Program-made: the position numbers and the translations under genes
DNA from: the human T2T-CHM13v2.0 reference genome, Homo sapiens
DNA length: 64,000 bases
Assembly (NCBI RefSeq): GCF_009914755.1
Contig: NC_060928.1
Strand: one strand, 5' to 3'
Notes under the pieces: model-generated
Databases searched by the model: none
Told to the model about the DNA's origin: nothing
Seen by the model: the letters and a program-made list of their open reading frames with translations, nothing else
Shown here: positions 55,965 to 64,000 of the stretch, one piece after another
How the letters are laid out: each line of letters starts with the position of its first letter
How positions within the stretch are numbered: position 1 is the stretch's first letter

Positions 55965-56452
55965 TACTTTTATTTATTTAAACTGAATTCAGAGAAGTAA
56001 ATTCCTTAACTCAAATTATTAGATATCTTATTCCTTGATTCTTCATGAATTCAGCTACTTTATATCATGTTAACAATTGTAGGAAAAATTAGAGCAACGT
56101 TTTCTTCAAATTACTAATAGTTTAGCTTAGGAGATGATTCTTCCTGATGTTTTTAGGAAAAAGTTGTTGATTTAGGAGGAAGTAATGAGAGACTACAGAA
56201 TATTTTTCAACATCTACTGTGTCCCAAGAAATATGTTAGGTATTTTATTTTCCATAGCTCATTCAATTCTCACAAATTTTTGGGTTAGACATTATTATTA
56301 TATCCATATTATAGTTGAGAAAATGAAGTGTATTGATATGAATAGACAACTATTGATAAAAGGTCACAACAAATAAAACAATGTCCTAATCATAGAATAA
56401 AGAGATAGAGTAAAACAGAGATCATAGAATAAGTTATAGAATAGAGACCAGT

Positions 56453-56620
56453 CAGGACTGACTGTACAGTATGTGAGGCCCAGTATGAAAATGTGCAGCC
56501 TCTGGTATATAAATTATGAAAAATGTAAAATCAGTGACAGCAGAGCATTAAATCAAGCACAGTACCCTTGCAAGCATGAGCCCTGTGTGACTGTACAGGT
56601 TACATGACCATAAAGCCTGC
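56453..56620 (-). mobile_element. MER45A-like hAT-Tip100 MITE
   Basis: gacagcagagcattaaatcaagc...gccctgtgtgactgtacaggt. Confidence 0.75.
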
Positions 56621-56986
56621 TGTCTTAGTCTCTTTGGGCTGCTATAACCAGATACCATAGAATGGTTGACTTAAAAAACAAAAGTTTACTTCTCACAGTT
56701 CTGGAGGTTAAGAAGGCTGAGATGTGGGCCAGCATGACTGGGGTCTGGTGAGGACTGTCTTCTTGGTTTGCAGATGGCTGTATTCTTGCTGTGTTTTCAC
56801 ATGACAGAGAACAGAGAGAGGAAGCAAGCTCTCTCTGTCTTCTTATAAGGGCACTAATCCCATCATGAGGCTCCATCCTCATATCCTAATTACCTTCCAC
56901 AGGCCTCATCTCTACATACCATCACCTTGGGGATCAGAGTTTCAGCATATGAATTTTGAAGGGACACACACATTCAGTCCCCAGCA
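56621..56986 (-). mobile_element. MLT1A-type solo LTR
   Basis: tgtcttagtc...ataagggcactaatcccatcatgagg...cattcagtccccagca; TG..CA termini. Confidence 0.88.
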
Positions 56987-58619
56987 CTTTCCTGATAAAT
57001 ATATTTCAAACATTGGATGAAGAACTGCATGATGTGGCCTTGAAGTTCTCTTCCTGAACTTGTTGAGATGTAATGAATGGTGATGCTGAAAGGAACTGTG
57101 GAACCCATGTCATTTAATCCACCAAGTGTTTAGACGAAGGCCCTAAGGTTCATGATAGTACAACTAGGATCTGGAAAATACTTACTAATCAGGGACAGTG
57201 ACAGCACAGGAGTCAGGGGCTCCAGAGTCTTAGTGTAGTATTCCCTCTACTATATCAGGCTGCCTCTATAATGGAGAACCAAAAATTGCTCAATTTTAGT
57301 TTTTCAAGCAGAGATCACAGCTGCGAGGGCGGTACTCTCGCTGAATAAGGTGTGCAGAGTGCTTTGTTTATTGTAAACATAGTTTTACAATCATTAAGAC
57401 AAACATGAAAGAATAAACATTTTATATTAAAAGTATGGATATCCACTTTCTTTTGAAAAATCAGGCTAAATTGGATGTGCCTTCCTGCCCTCATGCACAA
57501 TGGGGATAGCCTGTTGCTGGGGAGCCCCTGACCCCCTCAACCTCTCACTAACCAAGAAAATCAGTGCTCTCCAGGGGATTACAGTCTCTAGTTTCCCTCA
57601 ATTTTTATTTATAACAAGGCTGTTTTCTCCTTTATGTTATCTGCCTGGTTCTTGAATCAATTAAAGCTTTTGATTTCTGCTTTAAAGATTAAATCTTTAG
57701 TATTCCCTTACCTGAGATACTATGTCTTCTTCAGAAATAGAAAGTGAAGAGTTACACATGGGCAAAGGACTAGAAGATGCAATGTTCCTCCTGATGTAGT
57801 AGTTGTTTATAATGGCATACGGTTATATTAAGGTAATTCTACAATGTTTGGTAATTATGCCATTATAAAACCTCTCTTTACCATTTAAATTGAGCCTATG
57901 CAGCATGGCTGTTTATGTTTAAAACAACTTACTAGGTTTTTCTTTTAGTGGGGCTACCTGAATAGCTGTTCTCTGGATAATGAATGCAACTGGAATCTCA
58001 GGCCTTAATAATTTCAAAATTCTTGAGCATCCCCTTGGCCTCTTTCTCTACACCCCTTCCCTGTTGAGAATGAAAATGTGGATATACCTCATTGAATGTC
58101 TGAGCATATTCTTGTTTATACTGATGCACAAGTCCCCAAGGTCTGTCTCTAACATTGTCCTGCAAACAACACATCCTTAGCAGAGGCGTAGCCTGACTCC
58201 CTGCTGTAATCAACCCTCCAGAGAAATTTAATTTTTAATTAAAGGAAGCAGAGTGTTTACTTTTGCTCTAGAGATGATTAATCAGAACTTTGTTATTTGT
58301 GTTGCAAAAAAGGGATAAATTAACTATACCTTTAATTAGACCAGAGGGAATTTACTTTCACTGTCTCATATCTAACTAAAGCAAAAGCAGGTGCCCTGAA
58401 ACGAAGATATAGGGCACTTAAAATATTCAATAGCAAGTAGTGCAGAGGTTAGGTCTTTTGATAATTAACATGTTAACTGTAAGTTCTGGACAGTGTATTC
58501 ACTGAATTCCTTATCTTACTAGCGCAGGTTAATTTATAGTTTATTTTAACTCATGAATTTCGTTTTTCTCAAATTGTTCTCTCTGAACAGATGAAAATCA
58601 AATCAAATACTTTCCTCAT

Positions 58620-58806
58620 TGAATTAGTCAGCTATGACTGGCATAACAAAATGCCACAAGCTGGGTGGCTTCAATGACACAAATGTATTTTCTCACAGTT
58701 TTGGAGGCTAGATATCCAAGATCAAGGTGCTGGCAGATTCAATTCCTTAGGAGGGTCCCTTTCCTGGTTTGTAGGTGACCACCTTCTCACTGTGACCTCA
58801 CATGGT
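58620..58806 (-). mobile_element. MLT1A-type LTR fragment
   Basis: tctcacagttttggaggctagatatccaagatcaaggtg. Confidence 0.75.
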
Positions 58807-58920
58807 TCTCATATACAAAGTGATCGCTCAAATTTTACAGACTATTTTATTTAATAAAGATAGGATTCAAGTCCAGCTTTGCTGGAACTATGCTGGAGGA
58901 AGAATCATAAGAGAATTTGC

Positions 58921-58983
58921 AGTTATTGCTTCTTTACCATTTACCAGTCATTGCTTTCTTTACCAGTCATTGCTTCTTTACCA
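58921..58983. repeat. Short tandem repeat, ~3 copies of agtcattgcttctttacc
   Basis: Direct reading. Confidence 0.85.
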
Positions 58984-60124
58984 AGAATAAGTGAGTATAG
59001 AACTCTCTAAATAAATGATATGACTCCTTCTTTGTGTGAAATATATTCCCCTTTGCCTCTATCCTTTGGAAACTCTAAGACAAATGAGAATTTCAATCAC
59101 AGCAAATAAGTTGATCATTTTATTGATAAATTTGTACTTTTATTTTATGACATTCTATTTCTACTTAAGTTATTCTACATAAGAATATCTGTTTTTCAAG
59201 TAATTCACTAAAATTCCATCTGAAAACAGTGAAGATATTAGATAAAAACTGCCAATATTCTGTCTTAACTATTTAGAGAAAAACCTTGTTTCATGTGACT
59301 CCAAAATCTGTTAGACACAGAAAATGTGTATTATAGCAAGAAGAGCCACAGAAGTTAATATCTTTAAACCATAAGTTTATTTGGTAAAATATTAACAAAG
59401 GTATACTCTTTTTTCTTTTATGTATAAGTTTTAGGAAAGCATATTTCAGTTATTTGGAAGAGTCACATATAGATACTTTCATATATGGCTTATTTATGTC
59501 ATTCATTCACAAATACTTAATGAATGTTTTACTTTGGGCTAAATGCTAGAGACACAATGTCCATTAAGGTCTCATGAATTTTGAAGTGCAGTGGGAATGA
59601 CAAACATTAATCAAACAACCACAGAAACATATGAAATTATAACTGACATGTGAAAAAGGAGAGAACCATATGCTATGGTGTTTATGATAAAAGTGTTTGG
59701 CCAAGTCGAGAAAATCAGAGGGTTTAAGCTGGTATCTGAATAATTAGTAGAATTAATATGTTAAAGAAAAGAAAGAAGCACACTGTAGGAGGAGAAACTA
59801 TCACTGAAAAGACCCTCTTACCTGTCATATGGCATCTTAATCTTTAGAGAAACTAGAAGTTAATGTAGGCAGGAAACATGCTCATAGTTGGGGTTTGAAA
59901 ATATCATTCTGGCTATGGTATGAAGAATGGAGTGGAGATTGCCTTTATTAGGAGACCATTACAATGGTCCAAATGATAAGTAAAAATAGATTATGGTAGC
60001 TAGAAATTCTTGCCTAGTCTGAAGCCACCTAACAGATAACCTTCCTGAATCGGCCTCTAAAAAAAGTCAGGAAGATGTAAATATGTTCAAAGTCAAAAAT
60101 TTATTTTATGATTTTTAACATTTT

Positions 60125-61185
60125 TCTAACTTTTATTTTTGAAATAGTTTCAGACTTGCAGATAATCAGATAATGCCTACATACACTTCAAATAGATTTT
60201 CCACATATTCTCATCTTATGTCCACAATACAATGATCAAAACTAGGAAATTAATATTGATGCAATACTATTAGCTAATCTTCATATCTCATTCAAATCTT
60301 GGCAGCTTTCTCGCTGATCTGAATATGACCCAGGCATCAGGCATCGATCTGGAAGCACACATTGCATTGATTGCTGTTGCTTTAGTCTTGTTTAATCTGC
60401 GGCAGTTCCTCAACTTGTTTTGTCTTTCATCACCTTGACATTTTTGAAGAGTATTGTTCAGTTATTTTGTAAAATGGCCCTCAATTTGAATTTGTCTGAT
60501 GTTTCTTCTAGACTAAATTTAGGTTATATATTTTTGGTAAAAATATGAAGAAGTGATGTTGAAATTTTTTAAGCACATTATCTCAGGAGACACGTAGTAC
60601 CAATAGTCCCATTGTGATAATTTTGATCACTTGGTTACTGTAGTGCCTGCCGGGTTTCTCCACTGTAGAGTTACTGTTATTACACTTCTCTTTGTAATTA
60701 GTATTTATGCCAAGGCAATATACTTGCAGACTATGTAAATATTCTCTCTCATCATAATTTTGCCAATTAATTTTAACATCTATTGAAGACTCTTGCCTAA
60801 AACAATTATTAATATGGTATTGACAAATGGTAAACTTTCTATTTCTGTCATTTCTTGTACACTTACTAATTGGAATTTTGCGGTAAGGAAGAACTTTTCC
60901 TTTCCCCCATTTATTTATTTATTTATTTATTCAATTATTTACTTATATTGATATAGACTCATGGATAGTTGCTTAATTCTACAGATTATAATATATTACT
61001 CTCATTGTTTGTTTCCAGTAATTGTTCCAGCTTCGGCCACTGACAGCTCCTTCAAGTTGACTCCTGTGTCCTTTGGATGTGTCTCCACGATTTTAAAAAA
61101 TTTCCTAACTTCCTGGTATCATAAGATTGTACAGGTTTATCTTGTACTTTTCCTGTCTTAGTCCTCCAATTAGACATTTATACAA
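60125..61185 (-). mobile_element. L1MC-type 3' region
   Basis: atcaaaactaggaaattaatattgatgcaatactat...ccctcaatttgaatttgtctgatgtttc. Confidence 0.7.
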
Positions 61186-62330
61186 GCACTAATGCCAAAT
61201 AATTTCTACTATGTTGATCCCCAAAGGGAACTCTCAGGATAAGGAAAACAAATGCTTATATTCATCATATACTCACCTAAATATGAGTCATTCTTAATGA
61301 TCAGACCATCCAAGATTGGTTATATAAAAGCTAAACTCCAAAGAAAGCCAACCCAATTTTATCTTCAAAATGTAAATGTAATGCCTATGATCCAGGAATA
61401 ATTAAAATTCAATTGAATTCAATTCAGGGGTAGAGATAAGGTAGGAGCTAGATAGAACACATTTGAGGTTAGCTTATTTCTAAAGCCCAGTGCTCAAACT
61501 AAAATCTATTTCCTCACAGCTTAAATGCCGAAAAAACCTTGCTTAGACTGTAGATAGAATCTTCTCCTGGGAATGACATGTCTAGGAATTAGTTGCAAAG
61601 CATTATATAACAGGAGAACCAAAATTGTCAATAAAAACCCAAACTCTCTGATCCCAGGCTGAGAGTTGTGGAGCTCAGGGAGTGGTTGTTGGGCTACCAT
61701 TGCACCAGGATTTGTAGAATTCAAACAAATAAATTATTTCATTTAGGAAACATTAGAAGGCCCATGTTATACTGCAACTTATCTCTAGGACTTGGTATCC
61801 AGTTAAGCACTTGGGCCTGTGTGGATTAGCTGAAAATGCCTGAAATACGTAGCAGAAGCAGCAGGAGGAAACGCAGACCACAGAGCTTCAGGATATAACA
61901 GATATATACATATATATACACAAACATACATATACATGCATATCAATTAATTTCCAACAAACATGTGGGTCAGAGGAGAGTTGAAAAGTGATTGCCAAAT
62001 GGAACTAGCTATTATCCTATTATGAAAAATATGGCATTCATGATTGTTTTGGTGATTTTTTTAAAATAGAAAATAATTTTGGAATTTGTTTTAGGACAGA
62101 ATTCATTTGTAGAGAATGAAATAAAAGAACCAGGAAAAGCTGCGACATAACTGATAGCTCCAGCTTTCTTTGGTGCCATAGGCTCACATCCCACCCTCGA
62201 CACACCAGTGTATAGACTCAAAAACACTAAAAATTGTGACTTTAAAGTCTCCAGTTTCCTACACAAAAGTGCTGATTCTCTATTTTTTGGACCTATTTAT
62301 GAGACAATTCATCCAATTAATGATAAATCC

Positions 62331-63437
<1,107 letters not shown>

Positions 63438-64000
63438 CTAAGAAATAGCAGTTATTCTCTGGGTATTCAATACACTGCTTTGTATCTTACAGATATTCAA
63501 CTAAGTCAATAATAGCAGGTATATTTTATAAAATAAAGAAAAGAATAATTATGCCTAGTTTTGAATAATGTTCGGTAGAATACTGGAGACAAGAAACAAG
63601 ATTTGCAATTAAAAACATGTAAATGATAAAAGAACTACTTATATACATAATGAGTTTATTATAAGATGATGATATAAGTCATTTGCATTTATCTTCTAAA
63701 ATACTTATCTGGATGTTTGTTTTACTTTTTCATTAGTTACATTCAAGTCTTCGTTGTATTTAAGCCTCTATTTTTCCCGTGTGTGCTATAAAACCTGATA
63801 TACTTTGTATCAGCCATTTCATTCTTACGGATGACCAGAGAATAAAAAATACCTTAAAATAATCCTAAATAAAAAAAGGTAATAAGGAAGAAAACCTGTA
63901 GAAACTATGTAGAAAGCAGACCCAAAAAGACTATAGTAGACCTCTTAGTTCTGGATGATTCTTACCTTTGCTTTTGATTATTAATGCTTTGATGAAGACT

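Overview
AT-rich, CpG-poor primate genomic DNA. AluY and an L1PA2-like element point to a great ape, probably human. There is no recognisable intact protein-coding gene, RNA gene, CpG island or CRISPR array. By my rough tally ~40% of the window is LINE-1. The rest includes 7 Alus, MaLR/ERVL/ERV1 solo LTRs, Tigger/hAT DNA transposons and L2/MIR relics. The recognisable ORFs in the track are repeat-derived; the others look like chance ORFs. I found no new multi-gene system; the interest is structural: (1) a full-length-type L1PA whose ORF1 lacks ~231 nt, ending at what I recall as a known L1 splice acceptor (possible spliced retrocopy); (2) two apparent L1 3' transductions, one nested in the other; (3) a tail-less Alu that keeps its TSD; (4) four twin-primed (5'-inverted) L1s; (5) a ~105-bp inverted duplication of apparently unique DNA and other template-switch scars; (6) two deeply nested insertion stacks; (7) candidate exons of an unidentified transcript and a CTCF-like site. 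Subfamily names come from my recall of consensus sequences, not a database search. Boundaries without TSDs are approximate.
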